This document shows, one piece after another, positions 27,901 through 38,100 of a stretch of DNA of 64,000 nt. Source of the stretch: a virus (Duplodnaviria; Caudoviricetes). The stretch spans positions 1 to 64,000 of IMG/VR virus record IMGVR_UViG_3300020042_007950. One strand, given 5' to 3'. The position numbers and the translations under genes are program-made. Every line of letters begins with the position of its first letter. Position 1 is the first letter of the stretch. Under the pieces are notes generated by a model. That model was not told the DNA's origin. It saw nothing but the letters and a program-made list of their open reading frames with translations, and searched no databases.

Positions 27901-29760
27901 GAAGCTGCATACGGAGAAGAGATAGGATTTGCAGGTGGAGATATTGATGACGACGATCCTTCTGAAAACACAGGGTCTACTACTGCATATAACTTTAATA
28001 CTGGGGAAAATTTTGTTACAAGCTCAGAAGACATTATAAATATTGACAATTGGAGAGGTGATGGGGAAAACACTGATTGGAATCCACATGCAACTTTACA
28101 TCAAATAATAATAGAATCTGATGACAATATCAACTTCCGGTATTGTGGAGATTCAAAAAAAGGAGTAAGCACAGCTGATAGTATGTACTTTGATAAATAT
28201 ACTGCTACAGATGTATTGTGGAGATCTCCTACACACGACCTTACTAAAAAAGAAAACATACTTTACGAAGATCACTATTCTGCTTTACAGGATATTAGAG
28301 TAGCAATACCTTACCCAAAGAAAGACAAATCTACTAACTTGTTCCCTAATCGTGTAATTAGGTCAATAATACAAGATGGAAACTTTATAGATACTTACCG
28401 TTATTTCTTAGCAATTGATCTTAAAGACTTTGGTCAAAACAAAGGGTCTATTACAAACATCTTTAACTTGAATGCATTGATTTACATTCATACTGAAAAG
28501 AGTTTGTTCAAAACAAAAGGTAAACAAAACCTTGAGTTAGCTGATGCATCTCAGGCATACATCGGTTCAGGTGATTTGTTTGCACAAGAGCCTGATGAGT
28601 TTGTGCAATCTACAGACGGATACATGGGATTAACCAATAAAATGGGAGCCTTAGTAACCAAAGATGGGTACGTGTTTATCTCTAGAAACTCTAGAAAAAT
28701 CTTCTTAATTACAGACAAAGTACAAGATTTAACTGACCTTGGATTATCAACTTGGGCTAGAGAGAATGTACCATTTGCTTTACAAAACTATGGTGCATCT
28801 CTTGCTGGGATAAACCTAGATGCCCCAACAAATAACTTTGGATACCTTGTTACTTATGACCCACTGTTAAAAAGACTTATCATAACTAAACGTGATCTTG
28901 TTCCTACAGCTACATTTGAATCACAACTTGCTGCAGGAAACATCTTAGTCTCTACAGGAGTAGTTGTTGATAAAAATAAAAGACCAATATCTCTTATAGA
29001 AGGGGTTAATTTTAACAAAGGAGGTTGGACAATTTCATTATCTTTAGATACAGGGGCTTGGGCTAGCAGACACTCTTACATACCACCACTTTATGCATTC
29101 AATACTAAAAATCTGTACAGCTTTAATTCAATACCTGCATCAAAGTTTTATGTACATAATGATTATGTTAATCCTGGTAATTTTTATGGTATTGTATTTA
29201 ACTTTGAGTTTGAATTTATATCTACTGGGGATGTATCTACGTCTAAAACGGGGGCTGTTTCAACTACTAAGAGTGATAATAAACTATATTCAGCTGTCAC
29301 TTACTTCTTAGAAACGTATAAAGCAGATGCTAATAACATCTCTAAAGTAACTACAACTCTAAATCCTGGATTCACTAGTTTCTATGTTTACACTACAGAA
29401 CAAATCTCGGGAGTTAGGGATCTAACGTATCTTAAAAACATTAGAAAAGTTGATCACAACTGGATATTTAATGACTTTAGAGATTTGTCAAAAATAAATT
29501 TCAACACAACTTTGGCTCAAAACCAAATCAATGTTAATGGTGACTTTTATACAGGAACGTATGCTCCAGGGGGATCAACTCCTATGTTTACGTCAGAAGG
29601 AATTGTAAATTCTCTTTACTTAGACACAGCCAAACCTTGGTACGAGCAAAGAAAGTTCATAGATAAATTCTTAGGAATACGATTAATTTCTAACAACCGA
29701 GCTCAAAATTTAATAAATTTGTATACAGCTAAAGCTAACTACCGTACTACGAGTAGATAA
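24904..29760 (+). CDS. Muzzle/tail stabilisation (tubular B-like) protein
   Basis: 1618 aa; FLKGMNKD...YRDALN start, YFTDN...NPPR, GGDTYICRY, FAQEP beta-propeller-type motifs. Confidence 0.85.
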   Translation: MASELKFLKGMNKDTGLSDQVDGTYRDALNAVVDINKGAISNEFGNKLVASLPTGYLPVGQIALPDDNFIIFANKAGTPTSTSSIFLVNTSTNVLSALLTTNTGELTGHLNFDIDNPITGEFRVSPTGEIIVYFTDNKYKFTVEPVTKIEYPEYYNPPRVFNVTRQQIFLSTGGTPNKLYTFTGQNITMLNMFMDSGRIPEFNAASIIEGGGVVTGAYYLAVAYADKDFTETNVLGMANPVYVHPSSESYIPFEMIGGAPGGVETNKSIKWDLTSLNIDYKYIVPYVLQKIGEVQFVYKLEFVEIKTTTISITYSGLEQVDKATVEDSVLDKVNYLSAKSIAQLDNRMYAANLTGRKDLGFQRFANGIRLQAVTKNILEFDPRAYDIYNINVGYAAVSKNVDYPFPTDYNYISAVTYLVQNGKDRGYRNINRLFKEKSYRRGEVYSFYISFIFKDGTESYAYHIPGRNVVKSWENGPLNNVDVSGFNPVEFIETNPNGLMYQYLDTSLYVSQSTGYWENRNETYPDSPDFDIYSVDGAGSPVLSGSIRNLNVRHHKMPSNHNLSFSTLVTSIDFSFPTLANSSVSTSAQTKFNENVRILGFKLENLKIPKFILQQVQGYKVYYAKRNQGDKTIIGQSGLHPSEWIKSGNLYNKRQTAMFGPYYHMWQMGALPYSGSFAYTNYPWASTYNDNVAAQSVFKFHDFNLLRTQKSLGQATHIDLQYVATMHQWRGRHKGIQPGNIDGEGNFDSSTYYTQFRSGESEYQWINSTLANTDNYDNTSDDTSVYSTPSAYGLLMVAAKYSPPGASGANDYGVSVAGVTGNQSYLGVNQTIFPLDPDSASYLAGMSILKNSSSTAFKGATYLLNLSGESSIVLGLKSGIPPLRGTNINLLGEDFAFLRKVNVENAQNGPVTTGRPNVYIANLCSTKTDVFEPFDAQRLVWTGFYKSTLLVNIITGGDVDGTNYYTGVRTSDIFGGDTYICRYGYRMTSQRYGFKYFRGEAAYGEEIGFAGGDIDDDDPSENTGSTTAYNFNTGENFVTSSEDIINIDNWRGDGENTDWNPHATLHQIIIESDDNINFRYCGDSKKGVSTADSMYFDKYTATDVLWRSPTHDLTKKENILYEDHYSALQDIRVAIPYPKKDKSTNLFPNRVIRSIIQDGNFIDTYRYFLAIDLKDFGQNKGSITNIFNLNALIYIHTEKSLFKTKGKQNLELADASQAYIGSGDLFAQEPDEFVQSTDGYMGLTNKMGALVTKDGYVFISRNSRKIFLITDKVQDLTDLGLSTWARENVPFALQNYGASLAGINLDAPTNNFGYLVTYDPLLKRLIITKRDLVPTATFESQLAAGNILVSTGVVVDKNKRPISLIEGVNFNKGGWTISLSLDTGAWASRHSYIPPLYAFNTKNLYSFNSIPASKFYVHNDYVNPGNFYGIVFNFEFEFISTGDVSTSKTGAVSTTKSDNKLYSAVTYFLETYKADANNISKVTTTLNPGFTSFYVYTTEQISGVRDLTYLKNIRKVDHNWIFNDFRDLSKINFNTTLAQNQINVNGDFYTGTYAPGGSTPMFTSEGIVNSLYLDTAKPWYEQRKFIDKFLGIRLISNNRAQNLINLYTAKANYRTTSR

Positions 29761-29771
29761 ACCTTACCATT

Positions 29772-32700
29772 ATGGCCAAAAAACTAATTAGTAGACAACA
29801 ACAAAAACCTGCACTAAAGAAAGTTAAGAAGTATTCTTTAGCTGGATATAACTTAAGTGGAGTCTCTCAGGCTCCACAAGCTTCATATTACCTAGGGCAA
29901 TCTGCAGCAGATGAGGCAGGTAAAACTCAAAACGTTGCTTTGCAATCTTTGAAAGAAACTCAAGACGAATTAAAAAAACTTAACGAAGGGCAAAAAGAAC
30001 AGCAAGAAGCTGCTATCAAACAATCTAGTATGGAGCTAAGTAAGCTTGCACTTAATACTGGTAAAGACATTTTTCAAGAAAGAGCAGCAAAGAAAGCTGC
30101 TGAGTTAGCCGCTAGTCAAATTGCTAAGAATACAGCAACTACTGCAACTAAAGAGTTTGGTACAAATGCAATGATAGCTGGAGACGCAGGAGTAGATCTT
30201 GCATCTACTGGAGCTGCTGTAGGAACAACTGCAGCTAAAACAGCTGGATCTTTCATGTCAGGAGTAGCTTCTTACGGCCAGCCTGTATCAGCAGCCTTAG
30301 CTATTGGTGGAGAAATAATTAAGAATACTGGTAGTGATAACAATGCTGCTACTTACACTCAGAAAGAAAGAAACAGATATGGTGTAGGTAACATAATGGC
30401 TAAAACTGGACAGTTTGCTGGATACGGTTCAATGCTTGGACCTGTAGGTACTTTAGTAGGAGCAACTGCTGGACTTGGATATGGTATTTATGATACTGTA
30501 AAAGATAATAAAAAAACAGCAGAAGAAGCAGGCAACCTTGCTATGGCTAATACAGATCCAATGGCTGCAGCTAACAATGCTTTTATTGACAGCAAAATGA
30601 TGGATGCCTACAGAGGTGGGAGTCAAATGGCTCGTTACGGTGGTATGAGTAAGTATGCAATGGGTGGATCAGAATGTCCTCCAGGTACTACTTACAATCC
30701 TGCAACAGGAGCATGTGATCCAGTAGCCCAAGCCACTTCACAATTTAACTACTTTACTACTCCCGCTGCTGCACCTGAAGGAGACAAAGCTTCTGGAGAA
30801 ATGTACAATTCGTTTGACGAGCAAAGTGCTAAAAGACAAGCTAAACAAGAGTACCAGCAAAAGAAACAACAGTACAATATGGATTGGGCAAAAGCCCGTA
30901 GAGTAGATATTGATTCTGCTGATCCTCATACACTTCAAGATAGAATTCCTTATCCACAAATGCCTCTTTCTCCAGCAGAGCAACGTCGTGTAGATGCAGG
31001 AAGAGACCCTGGAACTTTCTTCGATCATTATCAGTCAGATCCTAAACGTCCAGGAACTCGAATGTTAAATAAATTTAACAACGATTTAATGGAAGGAGAT
31101 CAAGACTTAGGCTTTAGACAAGAAAGGCCTGTTGAGGAAGAACAAAGTTCTGGTGGAGGTGGTGTAAGTCTTCGTGGTTTATTTACTAAAAAAAGTAAAG
31201 CCAACCGTGGAGGTGACCACAGCAAAAGACAAACAGGTACAGATTGGTTTCAAAGGCAAATAAATAAACATTGTGAGGAAGTAAGTAAATATGCTGCTGG
31301 TGGAGCAATAGACCCTAACTGCTATGAATTTGGAGGAAGTTATGAAGACCTTGGGGGAACTCGTTATGCACAAGGTGGAAAGATTAAACCTATCCCAAAC
31401 TCTAACGATGTTGAATATGTGGGGAACACCCATGAAGAAGGAGGAATTAAGCTTGATAAATATACTGAAGTAGAAGATAAAGAAACTGGAACTAAGATTA
31501 ACGGAAACCAATACTTCTTCTCTCGTGTATTAAAAACACCAAAAGGAGAGCCGTATTCTCAAGCACATAAAGCTATTGCTTCCAATCCGTCTTTAGACCC
31601 TATTTCAAAAAAAAACATTATAAAAGACTTAGCTCGTCAACAAGAAGAGCAGGCAGGTCGTGATCCTAAACAGATTGCTAGAACTGGTGGTATGCAAGAA
31701 TATGCTGGAGGTGGTAAAAAGAAAGATCCTGTAAAAAAGAAAAAAAGCAAAGATTTTACATATGCAGATATGCAAAATTACGATCTTCCAATAGGCCCTA
31801 CAAATGAGCCTAGCACCGGATTTATGTTAAATGGCCAACTTGTTGAATATAGAATGGATGCTGAGACTGGAGATTATATTAGAGATCCTAAAACAAATCA
31901 ACCTGTACCATTCCCCCTTTCTACAAAAACAGATTTTAAAGTTCAAGATGGTTTAAGACAAGAACTTTTAGATTACAACTTTAGACCTCAAGATAATGGA
32001 GAGCCAGGAAGCCTTCCTAAAGATCCAGAAAGAAAGTTAGATCTAAGTAAAACTTGGTTAGAAGAACATCCTGGGTTCCTTGGAGGATTAGCACAGTTAG
32101 CAGGTCCAGCTTATGCAATGCTTAAACCGTATAAGAAAACAAATGCTATGGCTGCAGCTCAATCTGTAACTGCCCCAAGTCTTGCAAGAGTAGATAAGTC
32201 AGGAGAAATTGAAGATGCACGTCGTCAGCAAAATGCCATGAATACCTACCTAAAGAATACAAACTTAGGTCCTGGTAAAATCATTGCTATGCAAAGTGTA
32301 GCAACTAAAACTGCTGATGAGATTTCTAAAATCTCTTTAAGACAAGATGCTGAAAACAGAGCAATTAAAAACTCAGAAGCACAGATAGCTGCTGAAGTTG
32401 CTGGAAGAAACCAAGCTGCACAACTTGAAACAAGTAAAGCAAACATGATGGCTGATATTAATCAGAACCAATACATGGATGAAAGAAACTTGGGAGTTGC
32501 AGAAGCTCTTGGTAAAGACATTGCTGGGATGTCAATGGATCAACGTAAGCTTGATATGCAATACAGAATTGCAAGAGGTCTAGATAAAACTGGGTCACTT
32601 AACCGTTACGAGATAATGGAGCAATTAAGAAAGCAAGCTAAGAATCCAGAAAGCCCTGTGTACCAAAAATCAGAAGCAGAACTTCAACAAATTGCTTCTG

Positions 32701-32837
32701 ACTTAGGATATAAAGTAGTACAAGTTTTAGCAGATGACAAAGAGGAGAAAAGATTTGGTGGAATGGGTAGAAAATACACATCTCGTCTAGGTGATTTGTC
32801 TACTAAAAGAAATACTACAGCTAAACAATCGATATAA
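29772..32837 (+). CDS. Cargo/ejection protein with glycine-zipper segment and [F/Y]xxGG motifs
   Basis: Follows the muzzle gene; GSMLGPVGTLVGATAGLGYG; YAMGG, YAAGG, YEFGG, YAQGG, YAGGG; GNTHEEGGI...EVE domain. Confidence 0.7.
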   Translation: MAKKLISRQQQKPALKKVKKYSLAGYNLSGVSQAPQASYYLGQSAADEAGKTQNVALQSLKETQDELKKLNEGQKEQQEAAIKQSSMELSKLALNTGKDIFQERAAKKAAELAASQIAKNTATTATKEFGTNAMIAGDAGVDLASTGAAVGTTAAKTAGSFMSGVASYGQPVSAALAIGGEIIKNTGSDNNAATYTQKERNRYGVGNIMAKTGQFAGYGSMLGPVGTLVGATAGLGYGIYDTVKDNKKTAEEAGNLAMANTDPMAAANNAFIDSKMMDAYRGGSQMARYGGMSKYAMGGSECPPGTTYNPATGACDPVAQATSQFNYFTTPAAAPEGDKASGEMYNSFDEQSAKRQAKQEYQQKKQQYNMDWAKARRVDIDSADPHTLQDRIPYPQMPLSPAEQRRVDAGRDPGTFFDHYQSDPKRPGTRMLNKFNNDLMEGDQDLGFRQERPVEEEQSSGGGGVSLRGLFTKKSKANRGGDHSKRQTGTDWFQRQINKHCEEVSKYAAGGAIDPNCYEFGGSYEDLGGTRYAQGGKIKPIPNSNDVEYVGNTHEEGGIKLDKYTEVEDKETGTKINGNQYFFSRVLKTPKGEPYSQAHKAIASNPSLDPISKKNIIKDLARQQEEQAGRDPKQIARTGGMQEYAGGGKKKDPVKKKKSKDFTYADMQNYDLPIGPTNEPSTGFMLNGQLVEYRMDAETGDYIRDPKTNQPVPFPLSTKTDFKVQDGLRQELLDYNFRPQDNGEPGSLPKDPERKLDLSKTWLEEHPGFLGGLAQLAGPAYAMLKPYKKTNAMAAAQSVTAPSLARVDKSGEIEDARRQQNAMNTYLKNTNLGPGKIIAMQSVATKTADEISKISLRQDAENRAIKNSEAQIAAEVAGRNQAAQLETSKANMMADINQNQYMDERNLGVAEALGKDIAGMSMDQRKLDMQYRIARGLDKTGSLNRYEIMEQLRKQAKNPESPVYQKSEAELQQIASDLGYKVVQVLADDKEEKRFGGMGRKYTSRLGDLSTKRNTTAKQSI

Positions 32838-32846
32838 TAAAATACC

Positions 32847-35129
32847 ATGCCGTATAAATTTGGTGAATATGTAAGTCAGTATGTAGACCCAAAGTCTATA
32901 GAGATAGGGGAAACTCTCCATAATCGTTATATGGAGGCCTTTAAAACAAATGATCAACTGGCTATGGCCGTAGATCAAATGCAGGCTGCTTTACCTTTTG
33001 AAAACGATATGATGAAGAAGAAAGAATTGCAAGCTCAGTTAGATGAGAAGCTTGCACAGATTGCTAATCGTGGAGACTTTGAAAATTTAGGATTTGTAAT
33101 TCATAAAGAAGCCAAAGACTTTTCTCGTAAATATGCTCCTATCAAAGAGAACTATACTCGTTATGCAACAGCTATGACTGAGTTGCAAGAAAGTGTTAAG
33201 AAAGGAGATGTTAACGAAGAGTATGCAAACCTATTCCCTTCTTACATGGTAAAGGGATATAAAGGGTTTGAAATGGACGAGGCTACAGGAAGAGTAAAGC
33301 AAGGATCAATGTTCTCTGCTCCGACTGCTGTAAAAGATCCTAAAATCATGGAGAAGCTTCAAGCTAGATTAGCTATTCTTGAACCTGAGAAATTTAAAAG
33401 TAGAATTACTGGCTACACCGGAGAAGGTAACATGTATAAGTTTACCACAGAAAACGAAGTAGTTGAAATTAGAAAAGAAGATGTTCAAGATATAATTGAT
33501 GCTGTACTTTCTGAACCAGATGTAAAAGCATACGTAGATCAATTTTCAGATATGAAAGCTTATGCTGCTACTAAAGCTGAAGGAGCTTCTGCAACTGTGA
33601 CATCTATGGCTGATAACTATTCAAACGTAGTTGGACAACTTACTGCAAAGCTTGATGACCCTAGTCTTAAAAGTGGAGAAAGAGTTCAGATTAAAACTCA
33701 AATTGAAGCATTAACTGCTGAGATTGCAAAAGTTACAAAAGTTGCAGCAGATGAAAAACTGGCTTACGAGTACGTTAAAAATAAGTATGAAGACGAAATT
33801 ATAGCTCCTTATCAATCATACGGAGAGAAGAAAATTAGAAGAAGTGAAAGTACTGAAAGAAGTAAAGAGTTTTCTGAAACATATCTTAAAGACAGAGAGT
33901 GGGAACTTGCTAATCAAAGTCTTCAAGTTATGGGTAAAGTTAGTCTTGCTGATAGAAATGGGGCTACGTTAGATGAAAAATCTACTAACATGAAAAATGC
34001 ATTTGCATCAGCATATGCACTTGAACAAAAATTAAATAACCCAGACTACGTAGCTACTTTATCTCCAAAATCTTTGGAACTAGAGAGAGCTACTTTAAAA
34101 GGATATAAAGACCAAGCTCTTCTTATTCAACAACAAATGTTTACTGCAGCTAACGGAGCTATTAGTGAAAGAGACATTATAGAAGCTGCTCCAGATGCTT
34201 GGAAAACTTACACTGCATTTAAAGAATTGTATCCTTGGGCAAAACCTGGAGAGATATATATTCGTATGCAATCAACGTTTGGTGATCAAGGTGGGCAGGA
34301 TTACTCAAACTTCTTGAACAAATACAAAGAAAAATACGGAGATTACGTTGCACCTGGTGTTAAATACGATAGTAAAAAAGTAGGATTTATAGGGTCTACT
34401 GGAGCTGGAGCTGGAAATATTGATTACTCAGCTACTGCAGTTCCACAAGATCTTGCAAGCATATTAACTGGTAAATTTAACGATAAAATAAACAGTCAAT
34501 TTAGAGAAATTAAAACTGCTACTACATTTAACTACGGACGTATTGATGCCCCTACTTTAGAAGCATCTAAAAATTTAACAGCTGCTATACAAAACTTCTT
34601 TGTAAATAAACCTATTACTGCAGATTTCACTCTTACAGATATTACTAAAGAAGGTGCTACAACTATTAGTGGGTCTGAACTTGCAGGATTTACAGTAGCA
34701 GATGTTGGATGGAATATGACTAACAACATATATGAATTAAAACTTGTTGGAGGAACAAAAGACGCTCCTATAAGCAAAACAGTTCACTTAGATGGTGAGT
34801 ACATTCGTAACTCGACCTTAGACAAAATGTTAAATACTCCTGAAAACAGAGTAGCTGGGATAGTTGCACAATTAGATATGCATAAAAAAGGAGAAGTTTC
34901 TACTAGAGAAGTTACAATTTTAGGGGAAAATGGACGTATGCCTGCATACATGGTTGTAGAATCAGATGGGGCAGGGCACCCTTACATTAGGTATGTAGAT
35001 AAAAACTGGCAAAACTTTGGAGGAAACTCAGCAATACTTAGTCAAAAGCATAGACTAGACTCTCAAGACTTAAAAGATATTGTCAATTATTATGATAATA
35101 ATACTGGGAGTTATGCAATAGAATTTTAA
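32847..35129 (+). CDS. Putative ejection/internal virion protein
   Basis: 760-aa helical ORF between the cargo gene and the giant proteins; synteny. Confidence 0.6.
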   Translation: MPYKFGEYVSQYVDPKSIEIGETLHNRYMEAFKTNDQLAMAVDQMQAALPFENDMMKKKELQAQLDEKLAQIANRGDFENLGFVIHKEAKDFSRKYAPIKENYTRYATAMTELQESVKKGDVNEEYANLFPSYMVKGYKGFEMDEATGRVKQGSMFSAPTAVKDPKIMEKLQARLAILEPEKFKSRITGYTGEGNMYKFTTENEVVEIRKEDVQDIIDAVLSEPDVKAYVDQFSDMKAYAATKAEGASATVTSMADNYSNVVGQLTAKLDDPSLKSGERVQIKTQIEALTAEIAKVTKVAADEKLAYEYVKNKYEDEIIAPYQSYGEKKIRRSESTERSKEFSETYLKDREWELANQSLQVMGKVSLADRNGATLDEKSTNMKNAFASAYALEQKLNNPDYVATLSPKSLELERATLKGYKDQALLIQQQMFTAANGAISERDIIEAAPDAWKTYTAFKELYPWAKPGEIYIRMQSTFGDQGGQDYSNFLNKYKEKYGDYVAPGVKYDSKKVGFIGSTGAGAGNIDYSATAVPQDLASILTGKFNDKINSQFREIKTATTFNYGRIDAPTLEASKNLTAAIQNFFVNKPITADFTLTDITKEGATTISGSELAGFTVADVGWNMTNNIYELKLVGGTKDAPISKTVHLDGEYIRNSTLDKMLNTPENRVAGIVAQLDMHKKGEVSTREVTILGENGRMPAYMVVESDGAGHPYIRYVDKNWQNFGGNSAILSQKHRLDSQDLKDIVNYYDNNTGSYAIEF

Positions 35130-35137
35130 TATCTTTG
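35130..35137 (+). promoter_or_regulatory. -7 box TATCTTTG, 6 nt before ATG 35144
   Basis: Exact TAnnTTTG match in a 14-nt intergenic gap. Confidence 0.6.
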
Positions 35138-35143
35138 TAGAAT

Positions 35144-38100
35144 ATGGCTGAATCAGATGCAATCCTCAATGCTTTTACTAACCTGTCAGGAAAACCAAAA
35201 GAATCTTTTGTAAATAAAAGTAAACCTGATGGTGACCCTATAAAAGGTGCTTTTGAATCATTGTCTGGAGGAACTGCTAAACTTGAAAATAGAGCCCCTA
35301 AATATAGTAACTATAGTCCTTTAGATATTGCTGGTCAAGCTGTAGACTTAACTAATGTTTACACTGACCCTATTGGAAAATATGCAGCATACAATGTTGC
35401 ATTAAATCCATTCAACGACTGGAATGAAGAACGTGCTCAAAACCAAAGCACTACTCAAAAGTGGATGAATGGTTTAAGCAAAGCCGGTCTTACTACATTA
35501 GGTTCTGTGTATGAAAATACAGTAGGAGTATTAGCAGGTGTTGGTTCTATGATGTCTGGTGGTTCATACTACGACAACTTTGTTGGAAGACAAGTTGATG
35601 AAATGAACCAATGGGCTCAATCAGCTCTCCCAAACTACTACACCAAGGCAGAGGTAAACGGAAGTCTAGTTTCCAATCTTGCTACAGCTAACTTCTGGGC
35701 AGATAAATTTGCTGGAGGTTTAGGGTACACTCTTGGATCTATTGCTACAATGTGGCTTGGTACAGGAGAATTAGGGCTATCTGCTAAGTTAGGTTCACTT
35801 GTTGCAAAAGGTGCACAAGGTGCTAAAATTGCAGATGCTGCAGGTGACATACTTAATGTAACAGACGACTTAGCAAAAGTTGCAGGTAATGCAGCTAAAG
35901 CAGGAAGTAAAGAAAAGATTTTATATCAAACTATCAAAGGAGTAGAAGATGCTAAATCAGCTGGTAAAGGGTTAGAAGCTTTAGATAGATATGCTAAAAT
36001 TAAAACTGCTACAAAACATCTAGCAGTTGGTACTCAGATGTCATTAGCTGAATCTTCTGTTGAAGCTCGTGAAGCTAAAAACTCATTCATTGAAGAACGT
36101 AAGGCAGAATGGGAGGCATCAAATCCTGGTCAACCTCTTCCAGCAGATGTAGAAGAAGCTATCATGCAAAGTGCTAATGCTGTAGGTAATACTACGTTTG
36201 CTATTAACCTTCCTCTTCTAACTGCTACAAACTTATTGATGTTTGGTAAAGCAATGCAAGGAGCTCGTGTTGGGGAAAAAACAATGTATGACATTGAGAA
36301 AAAAGGATTAACTGCAGGTGAAGAATGGGTTGAAAAAGCTGCAAGCTCTAAGTTTGGGAAAGCATACGGCAGAGCTCAAAAAACATTTGGCCCCGTACTT
36401 AAAACTTCTGCTGAAGAAGGTTTTCAAGAAGCCGGCCAGTTTGCTGGATCTCAATTTGCACGTAACTACTACGGAGAAAAGTTTAATGATGGTACAGGAG
36501 ACATGGCTTCTGCAATGAGCAAAGCATTGTCATCGACTATAGGGACTAAAGAAGGTTTAGAGAACATATTGATTGGAGCATTAGTCGGAGGTGGTACCGG
36601 AGCAGTAAGCCGTCTTATGGGAGCTGAGAAAAAACTTCTTGCTCAAAAAGGACTTAATACTACTGAAGCTATTAAGATGCTTAACTCAGGAGCTATTAAA
36701 AAAATTATTGAGAATGCAGAGCAAAGTGCTGAAAACCTAGCATTCATCAAAGACATTAATGATGCTAATCTTGATAATGAAAGAGAAGGCATTACAAAAG
36801 CTGAAAGACGTCAAAACGATTTAAAGGCTGAAACTGCTCGTATGAGATTGATCCACGGAGTCTTTGCTAAGATGAATGGATTAGGGGCAATCGATTATGC
36901 AATGGAGCAGTTTGATGACGCTGCTTCAATGGACGAAAAAGAATTCAAGCAAGCTTTTGGTTATGACATGAACCGTACTCTTGAACAGCAAACTGGTAAA
37001 ACCCAGATGCAGATCATTGAGGACACGAAAAATAAAATGCAATCTGCTATCAAACGTTCAGAGCAGGTGCATAATATCCTTTCACAGTTTAACCCTGGTA
37101 CATCACTAGTAGCTAAGCTTAGAGATAGTTTCCAAACAGAAGAAACTAAAAAGAATAAATTGATTCAAGATACTGTACGTAGAACATACGGACAAATCTT
37201 AACTCACAATCTTCTTGATATAGATACTATCGACAGTAGAATTGACGAGCAATACGATAAACTTGTACAGCTTGCTCCGGCTCTAGCAAAATTAGATCCA
37301 GAAGAAATTAAATACCAAATTAAAGTTGGAAATGTTGAACTTGACTCAAACGGTAACCCAATGTTCAAGGCAGCAGCTTCTGTTAACTTTAAAGACAATA
37401 TTTTAAAACAATTTAATGAGATCTATGCTGCTAAAGTAGAGCTTGATGCAGCAACAGCTGATGAATTCAAAGCTGAATTGCTACATCTTAGAGATCTTGG
37501 AATTAAACGTGCAGGTATTTCAGAGTCATTTAAGAACTTGTCTCGTAATCCAGAGCAAATGGATTTGTATGTAGAAGCTCAAATGGCTATGCAAGAGCAA
37601 GAACAGAAGAGAGCTGCAGAAGATAGAGCTAGACAAGCAATTGAAGGAGCAGAAACTGCAGATGATCTTACAGATGCTGTAGACCCAGATGCTTCCCCAG
37701 AAGTTAAAGCTGCTGCATTAGAAAGACGTGCTCAGCTTGAGCAAGAAGAGAAAGCTAAGATTGCTCAGTACATGTCAATGGACTTAGAGGACATGAAAGC
37801 TATCGATATGGATAGCTTGGATGCTATGTCTCAATCAGCATTGATGAAGGCAATGGAGGCCAAGACTAAAGAAGCTCAAAGTAAAGGTCTTACTCCCGAT
37901 CAACTTAAATCTGAAAAAGAATTTAAAACTGTTGGAGGAGAAAGTGCAGGACTTGTCGATCTGTCTGAAATGGAGCAGACTCTGTTGGATGAGATAATGG
38001 TTTCTCCAAACGGAACTCAGTTCAATATTGATGGTAGACAGTACTACATGGAGAGTGCTGACCCAGTAGAAGCTTTAATTTTAGATGATGCTGGAGAAGT

